The notes: a model not told the origin generated them from the letters alone. A DNA stretch of 64,000 bases from Octopus sinensis (GCF_006345805.1 NC_043023.1:10850001-10914000); one strand, 5' to 3'. Numbered from the stretch's first letter, positions 11,471 to 24,982 are shown. A program made the numbers and translations.

Positions 11471-11609
11471 AAGATAATTAGTATATATATATATACTTTT
11501 TTTAATAATTTTGATATATATTTAAAATAATATAAATTAATTAATCTTATGTATTGGCTTAAGTTTTTCATTGTATGATTTGCCTAATAGTGGTTTTATC
11601 TCTAATTTA

Positions 11610-11662
<53 letters not shown>

Positions 11663-11949
11663 ATATATATAACTGGCAACAAATAACTGTTGTAATAAAA
11701 TGTGTTTATATGAAAAGTTGAGCGAGAACTAAGGTATTACTCATTCAAGAGGTCAGTTAATCGTGAGAAAGAAGCAACTCACTCATTGTTACATTTTAGT
11801 GAGAAAAAACGTTGAAATGTGTTGTTCATTGACTTTGTCGTAAAAACTGTGTCATAAGAAGTTTTGTATAGCTGTGAAGAAAGAAATTCAACAAAAGAGA
11901 GCGATAGAGTAAAAGCCGGCGTCAGCTGTGTTTTGTGTCCAAGTATTTA

Positions 11950-12522
11950 CCGTAAATCCTAGAGTATAATCTGCCCTTGAGTATAATACGCAGGGGATTT
12001 TTAGGGGGTTATGGATGATTCTTTTATGATTTCATTGCTTTCATGCTTAGCTTAAGGCATTTTTAGGGGGCTGTACCTCTGAAAAACCTAAACCTTGTGT
12101 ATAATACGCACCTCTTCTCTAACCTGGGTCAAGGAAGTCTATATAACGTCCTTGGTTTGTAAAATTGTACACGGTAACGTCCTTTATTATTATTGTATAT
12201 ATAACATAATGCAAACGTGTAGCTTTTTTGTGCATTTTGTTTGCAGAAAATAAAGAAATAACAGTAATAACGTTTAATAAATGTTGCTTACTGCAAGTTA
12301 TGGATGATTCTTTTATGACTTCATTGCTTTCAGGCTTAGCTTAAGGTATTTTCACGCCCGACATCACAAAATGCGTCTGAATAAACATTGCCGGACAGCA
12401 AAAAGAGACTCGGACGTTGCTTAGAAAATAATTTTCATTTTTAACCTCGTATATAGTATGCACTAGGGATTCTTAGCTTTAAATTTTGGGAAAAAATGCA
12501 GATTATACTTGAGGATTTACAG
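11950..12522. mobile_element. pogo/Tigger-like MITE (Tc1/mariner superfamily)
   Basis: TA|CCGTAAATCCTAGAGTATAATCTGC ... GCAGATTATACTTGAGGATTTACAG|TA gives a 25-bp TIR (22/25) with TA duplication. Confidence 0.85.
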
Positions 12523-13554
12523 TATATTCTTCTCTGTTGAACGCTTTTTTTATGGTGATGGCGTAGATGACTCTGTACACCATTTCTTGCATAGAAGAGT
12601 CGATGGTCTTGACTGCATGGTAATGTTGGAGGGGGAAGAGGTTGATTTTGTGGGGCCCTCACTTCCTGTCACTTGATTTCTTCTTTTTTCCATCTGGTGG
12701 TTTCGAAGTTTCTTGTTCCGATGGAAATGGAACACCGCCACTTGTCACAGTCTCGGACTTGTGTTTCAAACGCTTTAGGCTTGACACCAGACTTTAAAAA
12801 AACAAATAGCAATTAGCGTCAGATTATTTGGCTAATCCTTCCATGGCGGTGCTGCTGACCAATAAACACAAACAAATACAATATAACAGTACTATCTATC
12901 TATCTATCTAACAGTCTATCTGTGTGTGTATATGTGTGTGTGTAGACGCAATGGCCCAGTTGTTAGGGCAGCGGACTCATGGTCGTAGGATCGCGGTTTC
13001 GATTCCCAGACCGGGTGTTGTGAGTGCTTATTGAGCGAAAACACCTAAAGCACCATGAGTGGTGGTGACCCCTGTTGTGCTCTTTCGCCACGACTTTCTC
13101 CCACTCTTTCTTCTGTTGGCCTGCTCGCTTAGCCAGCGGGGTGGCGTCATTTGAAGGCTAAGACAATGGGAAGCTCCATGCTGGAGCACTGCCTTTAGTC
13201 GAGCAACTCGATCCCAGGACTTATTCATTGGAAGCCTAGTACTTATTTTATCGGTCTCTTTTGCCGAACCGCTAAGTTACAGCGACGTAAACACACCAGC
13301 ATCGGTTGTCAAGCGATGTTGGCGGGACAAACACAGACACACAATATATATAATATATACATATATATTTCAGTCTACCAAATTCACTCACAAGGCTGAG
13401 GCTATAATAGAAGACATTTGCCCAAGGTGCCATGCAGATAGAGTAAGTACTAGGCTTACAAAAGAATAAGTCCCGGGGTTCGATTTCCTCGACTAAAGGC
13501 GTTGCTCCAGCATGGCCGCAGTCAAATGACTGAAACAAGTAAAAGAGTATATAT

Positions 13555-13900
13555 ACTCTTTAGTCGAACAAATCGACCCCGGGACTTATTCTTTGTAAGC
13601 CCAGTACTTATTCTATCGGTCTCTTTTGCCGAACCGCTAAGTGACGGGGACGTAAACACACCAGCATCGGTTGTCAAGCAATGCTAGGAGGACAAACACA
13701 CACACACACACATACACATACATATATATATGTACATCTATATGATGGGCTTCTTTCAGTTTCCATCTACCAAATCCACTCACAAGGCATTGGTCGGCCC
13801 GGGGCTATAGCAGAAGACACTTGCCCAAGATGCCACGCAGTGGGACTGAACCCGGAACCATGTGGTTGGTTAGCAAGCTACTTACCACACAGCCACTCCT
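13555..13900 (-). mobile_element. tRNA-derived SINE, family A (the most abundant repeat in the window; representative copy)
   Basis: Minus-strand head AGGAGTGGCTGTGTGGTAAGTAG...GGTTCAGTCCC, an internal TA/CA microsatellite, and a family tail ...GACTGAAACAAGTAAAAGAG. More than 20 full or partial copies, e.g. 16290-16670, 18912-19312, 21660-22030, 22560-23105, 27735-28045, 30290-32200, 41385-41880, 42358-42755, 46765-47140, 57165-57592. Confidence 0.85.
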
Positions 13901-13923
13901 CCCCCTCTCTCGTCTGCTTTCCT

Positions 13924-13955
<32 letters not shown>

Positions 13956-14264
13956 TGCATACACACACGCACACATAGGTGATCAAGCATTTACAGGTTG
14001 TAGTTATTCAGGGATGCCCTTCCACTTCGCAGTCCCCTTTTGACTACATGCGCGCGCGCGGGCACACACGCACACGCACACATCCTCACAAACCTCCAGA
14101 ACACTCATTTTACCTACCTTTATTTGTTTGCTCAGCTTGTTGCTTACCTTCTTTTTCTCCCAATCCTTCCTTCCTTCCTTCCTTCTTTCTTTCTTTTTCT
14201 TCTTTCATTCATTGTCATTATAATTGAATCGTTCCAGTGAGAGTAGAGCTGCCCCTGACTGCCT

Positions 14265-14975
14265 TTTTGCTGTGTGTATGTGTGTGTGTGGGGGGGTGTA
14301 TGTGTGTGCATGAGTGAGTGTCTGTGTGAGTGTGTATGTAAGTGTGTATGTGTTTGTGTATATGTGTTTGTGTGTGTGTGTATGTGTTTGTGTATATGTG
14401 TGTGTTTGTGTATATGTGTTTGTGTATGTGTTTGTGTGTATGTGTATGTATGTGTGTTTGTGTGTATGTGTTTGTGTGTGTGGAGGGTGTATGTGTGTGC
14501 ATGAGTGAGTGTCTGTGTGAGTGTGTATGTAAGTGTGTATGTGTTTGTGTATATGTGTTTGTGAGTATGTGTATATGTGTTTGTGTGTGTGTGTGTATAT
14601 GTGTGTGTTTGTGTGTATGTGTATATGTGTTTGTGTTTGTGTATATGTGTGTGTTTGTGTGCGTGTATGTGTTTGTGTATATGTGTGTGTGCGTGTATGT
14701 GTTTGTGTGTGTGTGTGTATGTGTTTGTGTTTGTGTATATGTGTGTGTGCGTCTATGTGTTTGTGTGTGTGCGTGTATGTGTTTGTGTGTGTATGTGTGT
14801 GTATGTATGTGTGTGCTTGTGTGTATGTGTATACGTGTTCGTGTGTATGTGTTTGTGTATGTGTGTGTATATGTTTGTGTGTATGTGTGTGTGTTTGTGT
14901 GTATGTGTATATGTTTTTGCGTATGTGTGCATGTGTGTATATGTGTATGTGTGTGTGTATGTGTGTGTGTGTGAA
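14265..14975. repeat. Degenerate (GT)n/(GTAT)n complex microsatellite; companion (CA)n tract at 15445-15790
   Basis: Direct reading; it is the source of the CV- and HT-rich pseudo-ORFs. Confidence 0.95.
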
Positions 14976-15443
14976 GACTTTTTATGGTATTTGTAGATCG
15001 ATACAATACATATATATACATATATATATATATATAAAGACTACAACTTACCACACCTATCGCCCGCTTTTTCTCCCCCCCTCTCTCTCTTCGGCTTTCC
15101 CAACAACTCCACCCAACATTCATTCTTAAATATCTGACATCTTCCTTTTCTTTTCCCTCTCCTAAATTTGATTTCTTTTTCATACTCTATAAACGTTTCT
15201 GCGTGGCTGCTTCAGTGTATCCTTTAGTAGTGGCGTATTGCTTCGGCTTTCTACAACGATATTCACTCAGGGAGTGCTTTACACTGCGTATGATAGATAT
15301 ATCGAGGGCTGAACGAAACGAAAGCGACCAAGAGAGAGAGAGAGGAGTTAAACGAAAACACAGCAAAGGAAAAAAACGACCCAGTCCAGGGGAACCGAAA
15401 AGCTAAACGGAAACACGATACCCGGAAAATTTGCAGCTGATTA

Positions 15444-15474
<31 letters not shown>

Positions 15475-15753
15475 TGGAAACACTCATATAAACACGCACA
15501 TATACACACACACAAACACACACGCACATACACACACACGCAAGCACACACACATTCACATACAAACACACACACATACACACACAAACACATACATACA
15601 CACACACGCAAGCACACACACACACATACACACATACACACACATACACAGACACACGCACACACATAAACACACACACACACATACACATACACAAACA
15701 CACACACATATACACATACATACATACACACACATAGACATACACACACACAA

Positions 15754-15793
<40 letters not shown>

Positions 15794-15907
15794 ATAGTTA
15801 CTCCAAACATGATCAAAGAGAAAACACAACAACGCGAGGACACGGAACAAGTATAGTGTTACTGGACGCTCAGGAAAGGAAACAAGGAGGATTTAACAAG
15901 GAGGATT

Positions 15908-15935
15908 TAACGTTTCGAGCGGAGCTCATCGTCAG
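15908..15935 (-). ncRNA. Hammerhead-like core without a recognisable stem I
   Basis: Minus strand CTGACGA-T-GAGC-tcc-GCTC-GAAA-CGTT. The flanks TGTTC / AAATCC do not pair. Confidence 0.3.
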
Positions 15936-16471
15936 GAACATAGAAAAAGGAAAGGTCCAAGGAAGGGAAGACGGAGAAAGAAAATCGCCAACGATACCCA
16001 CGCGGTCACACACACATATTCATACATACAGATACAACTACATACCGTGTGTACGCACACGGAGAGGTTTCTGTATGTTTTATGCATCCAAAGCTTATTC
16101 ATACTCGTACACCCACCCATGAACGGCTTTTTGCTGCTGTCCAGGAGATTCTGTCATTTTTATTATTGCTGCCAACTGTCTCTGCCCCTGTCCTTCCTCT
16201 TTGGTGATGGTCATCAACCTTTGAAGTTTCTTTCCTTCAACAACAAGATCAGCAACAACGATGTTTCGGTGAGTAAATTCTTACTCTTTCTACTCTTTTA
16301 CTTGTTTCAGTCATTTGACTGCGGCCATGCTGGAGCACCACCTTTTAGTCGAGCAAATCGACTCCGGGACTTATTCTTTGTAAGCCCAGTACTTATTCTA
16401 TCAGTCTCTTTTGCCGAACTGCTAAGTGACGGTTGTCAAGCAATGCTAGGAGGACAAATGCAGAAACACAA

Positions 16472-16502
<31 letters not shown>

Positions 16503-17319
16503 CATATATACGATGGGCTTCTTTCAGTTTCCGTCTACCAAATCCACTCACAAGGCATTGGTCGGCCCGAGGCTATAGTAGGCGACACTTGCCCAAGGTG
16601 TCACGCAGTGGGACTGAACCTGGAACCATGTGGTTGGTTAGCAAGCTACTTACCACACTGCCACTCCTGCGCCTTTAGTTTTTTGCCAACTTCTTCCTAA
16701 ATCCCTGATTTAAAATCCTATGGGTCCTCAAGAGTTGGGGTTTTATCAATAGGTTCTAAGGTTGAGATATAAAAATGTTACTTTCAGTGAGGGTCGAGTG
16801 ATGGGGTGACATCTTTTTTATATCCCCCCCGTTTCTTTTTCTGTCCATTCAGTCATTAGACCCGGGCTACGCTGGGGCTCTGTCATGAGGGGAATATTAA
16901 GGGACCAAAGGCCGATACAGCTTGGCAACAGTGACGAAGTAACTCATTTCTACAGTTGAGAGAACTGGAGGAACGTGAAATAAAGTCCCTTGCTCAAGAA
17001 CATAATACACGGCTTGGCTCAGGAATCAAACTCACTACCTCATGATTGTGGACCCAATGCTCTAAACCACTGAGCCATGGGCCTTCACCATACACACACG
17101 CATACATATATATTGATATATAGATATTTGTATATATATATATAATTATATATATGTTATATATATATATGTATATATATATTTGTGTGTATATATATAT
17201 ATATATATTATATATATATATATATATATGTATGTATATGTATATAGACACACACAAACACACACATACATATATATAAGATATATATGATATGATATAT
17301 ATATATGTATATATATATG

Positions 17320-17375
<56 letters not shown>

Positions 17376-17562
17376 TATATGTATGTATGTATATACACAC
17401 ACATACGTACGCACACATACGCACACACATCATGCATATATATATATATTTTTTATACACACGCGCGCGCGCGCGCACACACACACGCACACATAGTTAT
17501 ACTTCTCTTTACGAGATGCCGGGTTTATGAGATCTATTTCTTAATAAATTTTTCCAGCAAAA

Positions 17563-17715
17563 GATCCAAATTTTGAACGAAGAACAAAACATTCTACCAC
17601 TATAACAAATGCTTCTGCGTGTTATCGAGAAACTTATAGAGAGAAACAAAAAAAAATTTTTTTTTTAAACCAAAGCTTCTTCTAAGCAAACAACTTTAGA
17701 CTTACTTTTAGAAAA
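17563..17715 (+). pseudogene. pogo/Tigger transposase C-terminal remnant
   Basis: Reads DPNFERRTKHSTTITNASACYRETYREKQKK and then, after an A/T run, KQTTLDLLL. This resembles the DPNxER...ACYRE.Y.EK...QTxLD tail of Tigger-type transposases (from recall). Confidence 0.55.
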
Positions 17716-17945
17716 GAAATCTAAGTGTGTCTACAAATGCTTGTGAATTGGCGATCACGTCTACAAGTAATGTTGTGCATGAATCTATTTCGGGTGAAAG
17801 TAATGCAGAAAAGGATTATAATAATACTCTCTTTACTATTTACTCTTTTACATGTTTCAGTCATTTGACTGTGGCCCCAGGACTTATTCTTTGCAAGCCT
17901 AGTACTTATTCTATCGGTCTCTTTTGCCAAACCACTTAGTTATGG

Positions 17946-18776
17946 CAAGGGCTTTGAAATAAAACCAAGAAGAAGTTCCAGACACCCAGCTGAATACTTG
18001 ACAGACACTGACTTTGCTGACGACATCGCTCTTATCACTGATTCTCTCTCCAATGCCCAGTCTCTTTTACAATCTCTTGAACAAGTCTCAAATTGTGTAG
18101 GTCTTTACCTCAATGAGGCCAAGACTGAATATATAAACAAGTGCCTGTCCAACAGTGATTGCATCATCCATACTCACAACAATGTGCCCTTAAATATGGT
18201 TTCTGATTACAAATATCTTGGGTCATACATATCATCATCTGGAAAAGACTTTCTAACTAGAAAGGGTATGGCCTGGTCAGCCTGTAATGACATGCATAAG
18301 ATCTGGTCATCAAATCAAGTAGAGACTTCAAACTTGAAATCTTCAAAGCCACAGTTGAACCAATCCTACTATATGGCTCAGAAACCTGGACGTTATCAAA
18401 GAAGCTGGAGAGGCGGTTGGATGTAACCTACACTCGCCTCCTTATGAGAGCTCAAAATCTCTTGTGGAAGCGCCATCCAATCAAAATGCAAATATATGGG
18501 AAATTACCACCTGTGTCATCTCTTGTGAAAGGTAGGAGAGTCCAGTTCACTGGAGATTGTTGTAGAGCTGAAAACGAGGTAATTTCTACTCTTCTCCTCT
18601 GGAAGCCGTCTACTCGCAATACCAGAGGGCGCACACTCTCCTACCCTGATGTAATCTCCAGGGATACAGGCATCCAGCAACAGGACCTCCGTAATGCCAG
18701 GATGGACCGTAAAGTCTGGTGTAGCATGGTAACTTCCATTGTCTCAACCATGGTCGAACAATGATGATGATGATGA
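17946..18776 (+). mobile_element. 5'-truncated RTE-clade LINE (RT C-terminal part, frameshifted) inserted into a SINE
   Basis: DTDFADDIAL, GLYLNEAKT, YKYLGS and (after a frameshift) LLYGSETWTL motifs; (TGA)n tail; target duplication AGTTATGG (17938-17945) / AGTTACGG (18777-18784). Confidence 0.9.
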
Positions 18777-19588
18777 AGTTACGGGGACATAAACACACCA
18801 GCATCGGTTGTCAAGCGAAGTTGGGGGGACAAACACAGACACACAAACATATAATGTCTTGTTGAGAGAAGCTCTCTTTCTTTCCTGATGAGAAATATCT
18901 TGAATTCATATACTCTTTACTCTTTTACTTGTTTCAGTCATTTGACTGCGGCCATGCTGGAGCACCACCTTTAGTCGAGCAAATCGACCCCAGGACTTAT
19001 TCTTTGTAAGCCCAGTACTTATTCTATCGGTCTCTTTTGCCGAACCGCTAAGTGACGGGAACATAAACACACCAGCATCGGTTGTCAAGCAATGCTAGGG
19101 GGACAAACACAGACACACAAACACACACACACACATATATATATATACATATATACGACGGGCTTCTTTCAGTTTCCGCCTACCAAATCCACTCACAAGG
19201 CATTGGTCGGCCCGGGGCTATAGTAGAAGACACTTGCCCAAGATGCCACGCAGTGGGACTGACCCCAGAACCATGTGGTTGGTTAGCAAGCTACTTACCA
19301 CACAGCCACTCCTTTAATTTTTATATATATTGTTTTTACATAAATTATACAAAAACATTTCACCTAAACCTGGAGTTTCTGCCTTTATAAGTAGTCTGTT
19401 GTATCCTTGATACTTGTGTGAATTTTTGCTACCCTGGTAGCTATTTATTTATTTTTTCCCGAGTTATTTGCAAACATTGAAAACACACACACACACACAT
19501 ACATACATACATACATATATATACATATATATATACATATATATATACATATATATATATACATATATATATACATATATATATACAT

Positions 19589-19624
<36 letters not shown>

Positions 19625-19800
19625 AACAGAAAATGGAACAAGAACGTAACAGGCGACAACAAAACATTCGGACAGTTAGACGATACAAAAAAGGACAGGA
19701 AAAACAAGGACGGGTCATTCGGAGCTTTCACTCTTCAGTCGAGTACCAGATCGTCTTTGCAGTTTCGGCCGATATATAAATATAAATATATATATATATA

Positions 19801-20129
19801 CTAGCACTATGACCCAGCAACGCCGGGTCATAGTGCTAGTGCATGCATATACAGCTGCGTGCGTGTGCACATACACGTGACTACTGTCCAAATCTCCGAC
19901 CAATCACATACAGCTTGCTGGCATTCAATTGGCATATCAAGTTTCGGGCATTTTGAATGGGTTTTGGATAGAAAATTCACAAAAATGTCACTTCTATTGA
20001 TTTTTTAATGGCTTTGCGGGTTGACTGGGGAAATGTAAAGAAGTGCACGACCACCCTGGGACGGTTTTGAATAACCGTAGAAAGTGCGAGCTCTCTAACT
20101 GAAAAATTGTGAATTTGTATAAAGGATAT

Positions 20130-20168
<39 letters not shown>

Positions 20169-20175
20169 TTTTGCT

Positions 20176-20200
<25 letters not shown>
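19801..20200 (-). mobile_element. Helitron-like non-autonomous element (second family)
   Basis: The left end CTAGCACTATGACCC-AGCAACGCC-GGGTCATAGTGCTAG is a hairpin ending in CTAG. The right end is a CA microsatellite plus TTTATATATA, as in the other Helitron-like copies. Confidence 0.55.
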
Positions 20201-20211
<11 letters not shown>

Positions 20212-20238
20212 TAAATTAGAGATAAAACCAATATTAGG

Positions 20239-20383
20239 CAAATCAAATAGTAAAAAATATAAACCAAAACATAGAAATAAAAATTATTAATATAATATAC
20301 AAAATATATAAAGTATAAAATTCAAAATTTAAATTATTTAAATTTAAAGTTAAAAATTTAAAATTATTAATTTATATTTATAA

Positions 20384-20423
<40 letters not shown>

Positions 20424-20511
20424 TTATTTATTTTATTTATTTATTTATTTTATTTTATTTTATTTTATTTATTTATTTTTTCAAAACATAGAAATAATAT
20501 ATATATATATA

Positions 20512-20546
<35 letters not shown>

Positions 20547-20945
20547 TTATAATATAAATTAATAATTTTAAATTTTTAACTTTAAATTTAAATAATTTAA
20601 ATTTTGAATTTTATACTTTATATATTTTGTATATTATATTAATAATTTTTATTTTTATGTTTGGTTTATGTTTTTTACTGTTTGATTTGACATTCAGAAA
20701 GTCATTGAACCATGGAAACAATACACATATATTTATAGACTTTCATATATAAAAAAGAAGCATGGTGTCATATATATATATCATTGTTATCGTCATCATC
20801 ATCATCATAGCTTCTTGTCAAAGTGTATTTCAAGATATTGTTTTTGTAGGTGTAGTCACTTAGATGACACCATGCTTCTTGTTTATATATGAAAGTATAT
20901 AAATGTGTATTGTTTCCATGGTTCAATGACTTTCTGAATGTCAAA
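20239..20945. repeat. Two abutting inverted repeats
   Basis: 20239-20400 pairs with 20530-20690, and 20687-20771 pairs with 20864-20945. Confidence 0.85.
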
Positions 20946-23226
20946 CCCTCTTACAGGCTGTTTTCACATGAATCCTACACATTCCACTGTGTGAGCATGT
21001 ATGTATGTATGTATGTATGTATGTATATATGTATGTATTCATGCATGCATGTATATATATATGTGTGTATATGTATATATATCTGTGTATATATATATGT
21101 GTGTATATATATATATGAATGTGTGTTTATATGTGTGTGCATATGTATATATATATATTTGTGTGTGTGCATATGTATATATATATATATTTGTGTGTGT
21201 GTATATATATGTGTGTATGAATGTATGTTTGTGCGTATGTATCTTTGTGTTTATGCGTATATATGTATATATGTTTGTGTGTATGTATGTGTGTAAGTAC
21301 AAGATGATATCAAAAGGGATCTTTTGTTTGGCCGCCACTTTTTAATTTCTCCATTTTCTGTTCCAGTTGATTTCACATTTGGTGTATTGGTGTAGTTTTG
21401 TAAAGTAACCATTAACATAGATTTCACTTTCGCCATGAATCAATAAATAAAGAGTAAACAGCTTTTAGCCTATTGAAAGCTAAGGCCATGTAGGTGCCTC
21501 TTTCCATTGTAACAAGCCAAGCAGATACCATGCTGCTTATCATGTATCCCTTTAGCATTCAGAGTTGTCTGTCAAAGATAATGCTTATTCATTCACATTG
21601 TTTTGAATTAATCATGGATTATCTCTTAGCTTTGAGGTTTTGATGATTATTATTATTAACTTTTTTACTTGTTTCAGTCATTTTGACTGTGGACATGCTG
21701 GAGCACCGCCTTTAGTTGACCAAATCGACCCCAGAACTTATCCTTTGCAAGCTTAGTACTTATTCTATCGGTCTCTTTTTGCCGAACCGCTAAGTTACGA
21801 GGACGTAAACACAACAGCATCGGTTGTCAGGCGATGTTGGGGGGGACAAACACAGACACACACACACACACACACACACACCACACACACACACACACAC
21901 ACATACACACACACACACATATATATATACATATATGCGACGGGCTTCTTTCAGTTTCCGTCTACCAAATCCACTCACAAGGCTTTGGTCGGCCTGAGGC
22001 TATAGTTGAAGACACTTGTCCAAGGTGCCACGCATATGTATATATATATACTTATTCTTTGTAAGCCAGCACTTATTCTTTGTAAGCCTAGTACTTATTC
22101 TATCAGTTTCTTTTGCCAAACCGCTAAGTTACGGGAACGTAACCACACCAGCATCGGTTGTCAAGTGATGTTGGGGGGACAACCACAGACACACAAACAC
22201 ACACATATATATATATACATATATATGCGTTGGCACTTATCAAACTAGTCACAGGTCTAAGGCCTGTGGGTTTATATAAAATACGCCCTTTTTAAAGCCT
22301 AGCCAGGCTCATGGGCCCCGTTTCCCGGCTTCTATGGTGTATGTGTTCCCCAGCTGGATGGGACGCCAGTCCATCACTGCGTTACTCATTTTTGCCAGGT
22401 GACTGAACTGGAGCAACGTGAAATGAAGTGTTTTGCTCAAGAACACAATGCGTCACCCGGTCCAGGAAACGAAACCATAATCTTACGATCATGATGCTGA
22501 CACCCTAACCACTAAGCCACGCGCCTCCACGTGGGTTTATATAATTAATCTTTTACACTTTTATTTGTTTCAGTCATTTGACTGCAGCCATGCTGGAGCA
22601 CCGCCTTTAGTCGAGCAACTCAACCCCGGGCCTTATTCTTTTGTAAGCCCAGTACTTATTCTATCGGTCTCTTTTGCCGAACCGCTAAGTAACGGGGATG
22701 TAAACACACCAGCATCGGTTGTCAAGCAATGCTAGGGAGACAAACACAGACACACAAACATATACATATATATATATATACATATATACGACAGGCTTCT
22801 TTCAGTTTCCGTCTACCAAATCCACTCACAAGGCATTGGTGGGCCCGGGGCTATAGCAGAAGACACTTGTCCAAGGTGCCACGCAGTGGGACTGAACCTG
22901 GAACCATGTGGTTGGTTAGCAAGCTAATTACCACACAGCCACTCCTTTGCCTATATACGACAGGCTTCTTTCAGTTTCCATCTACCAAATCCACTCACAA
23001 GGCATTGGTGGGCCTGGGGATATAGCAGAAGACACTTGCCCAAGATGCCATGCAGTGGGACTGAACCCGGAACCATGTGGTTGGTTAGCAAGCTACTTAC
23101 CACACAGATGATAAATTTGTATAATTGATGATAAATTTCCCTCCGGATTGTTCGAGAACGAATCGTGATTTTGTCAAGTAGTCAATTCAGATAGTTTGCC
23201 CATCACGTCGTTCAATAAGCAAATCT

Positions 23227-24828
23227 TCTTTATATATAAAAGAGAGGTTGTGTGTCTGTCTCCTACGATTTAGATTCCTAACTACTCCCACATTTTGCGG
23301 TGCAGTTTAACCAAAACCGGGTATCTTATAGTCGTTATTCATATCGAGCCCTTCCGGGTATTAGCATGCGTCTACGATGAGTCTACGATTTTAAAAATAA
23401 TTTACCATCACTTTTTTCCATTTTAATGCATTTTTTCGCTATTATATAAGGGAAGTAACTCTCTAAAAATGTCTACGATGAGTCAACGATTTAAAAAAAA
23501 ATTTACCATAATTTTTTTTCCATTTTTAATGCATTTTTTTGCTATTTTTTGGCTATAACTCTCTAAAAATGCTTATATAGTTATTTCCCTTACAAACCCG
23601 AGCAACGCCGGGCGATACTGCTAGTCTTTATATATAAAAGTCAAGTTGTGTGAGTGTCTGTCTTCTACGATTTAGATTCCTAACTACTCCCACATTTTGC
23701 GGTGCAGTTTAACCAAAACCAGGTATCTTATAGTCGTGATTCATATCGAGCCCTTCTGGGTATTAGCGCGCGTCTACGATGAGTCTACGATTTTTTAAAT
23801 AATTTACCATCATTTTTTTCCATTTTAATGCATTTTTTCGCTATTATATAAGGGAAGTAACTCTCTAAAAATGTCTACGATGAGTCAACGATTTAAAAAA
23901 AAATTACCATAATTTTTTTTCCATTTTTAATGCATTTTTTTGCTATTATATAAGGGAAGTAACTCTCTAAAAATGTCTACGATGAGTCTACGATTTTTTA
24001 AATAATTTACCATCATTTTTTTCCATTTTAATGCATTTTTTCGCTATTATATAAGGGAAGTAACTCTCTAAAAATGTCTACGATGAGTCAACGATTTAAA
24101 AAAAATTACCATAATTTTTTTTCCATTTTTAATGCATTTTTTTGCTATTTTTTGGCTATAACTCTCTAAAAATGCTTATATAGTTATTTCCCTTACAACC
24201 CGAGCAATGCAGGGCGATACTGCTAGTCTTTATATATAAAAGTCAAGTTGTGTGAGTGTCTGTCTTCTACGATTTAGATTCCTAACTACTCCCACATTTT
24301 GCGGTGCAGTTTAACCAAAACCAGGTATCTTATAGTCGTGATTCATATCGAGCCCTTCTGGGTATTAGCGCGCGTCTACGATGAGTCTACGATTTTTTAA
24401 ATAATTTACCATCATTTTTTTCCATTTTAATGCATTTTTTCGCTATTATATAAGGGAAGTAACTCTCTAAAAATGTCTACGATGAGTCAACGATTTAAAA
24501 AAAAATTACCATAATTTTTTTTCCATTTTTAATGCATTTTTTTGCTATTATATAAGGGAAGTAACTCTCTAAAAATGTCTACGATGAGTCTACGATTTTA
24601 AAAAATTTACCATCATTTTTTTCCATTTTAATGCATTTTTTCGCTATTATATAAGGGAAGTAACTCTCTAAAAATGTCTACGATGAGTCAACGATTTAAA
24701 AAAAATTTACCATCATTTTTTTCCCATTTTTAATGCATTTTTTTGCTATTTTTTTGCTATAACTCTTTAAAAATGCTTATATAGTTATTTCCCTTACAAA
24801 CCCGAGCAATGCAGGGCGATACTGCTAG
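23227..24828 (+). mobile_element. Head-to-tail trimer of a non-autonomous Helitron
   Basis: Units 23227-23624, 23625-24226 and 24227-24828 each run TCTTTATATATAAA...hairpin...CTAG, with CTAG|TC junctions and internal ~100-bp subrepeats. Confidence 0.9.
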
Positions 24829-24982
24829 TACATAGATAAACACGTAAAGATATAGAAAAATAACCTTGTGCGTATCATCACATACACGCGCGCGCACACA
24901 CATACAGAGTCACGTAGGCACATATAAAAAAAACCCTGCAAAATTCGCACATTCGTGTATATATGAGAATAAGGACAGCTTT

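Noticed and set aside
12530-12850. Strong Kozak CCGCCATGG on the minus strand followed by coding-looking sequence
   Set aside because: The ATG frame stops after 6 codons and the other frames are short, with no recognisable homology.
13272-13900. Recurrent small ORFs such as MLGGQTQTHKH..., MASWASV..., MFQSFDCGHAG...
   Set aside because: They recur wherever a family-A SINE occurs, so they are repeat-derived rather than genes.
14218-15856. Long ORFs of 100-320 aa (HT-, CV- and YI-rich), also at 16994-17576, 19441-19779 and 20889-21345
   Set aside because: Translations of dinucleotide microsatellites, open in several frames on both strands, with no domain content.
16047-16275. Possible exon (donor-like TCG|GTGAGT) or CACTA-like LLDSSKKPFMGGC on the minus strand
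   Set aside because: No consistent frame, acceptor or partner exons; the similarity is only a few residues.
18884-18910. Other CTGANGA matches (18886; minus strand near 2020, 2090, 10966, 11072; coding 29325, 29423, 35885)
   Set aside because: No stem II followed by GAAA and no stem I/III topology.
23110-23226. DLLIERRDGQTI on the minus strand, faintly like a Helitron Rep segment
   Set aside because: Too short, stop-interrupted and opposite to the adjacent Helitron orientation.
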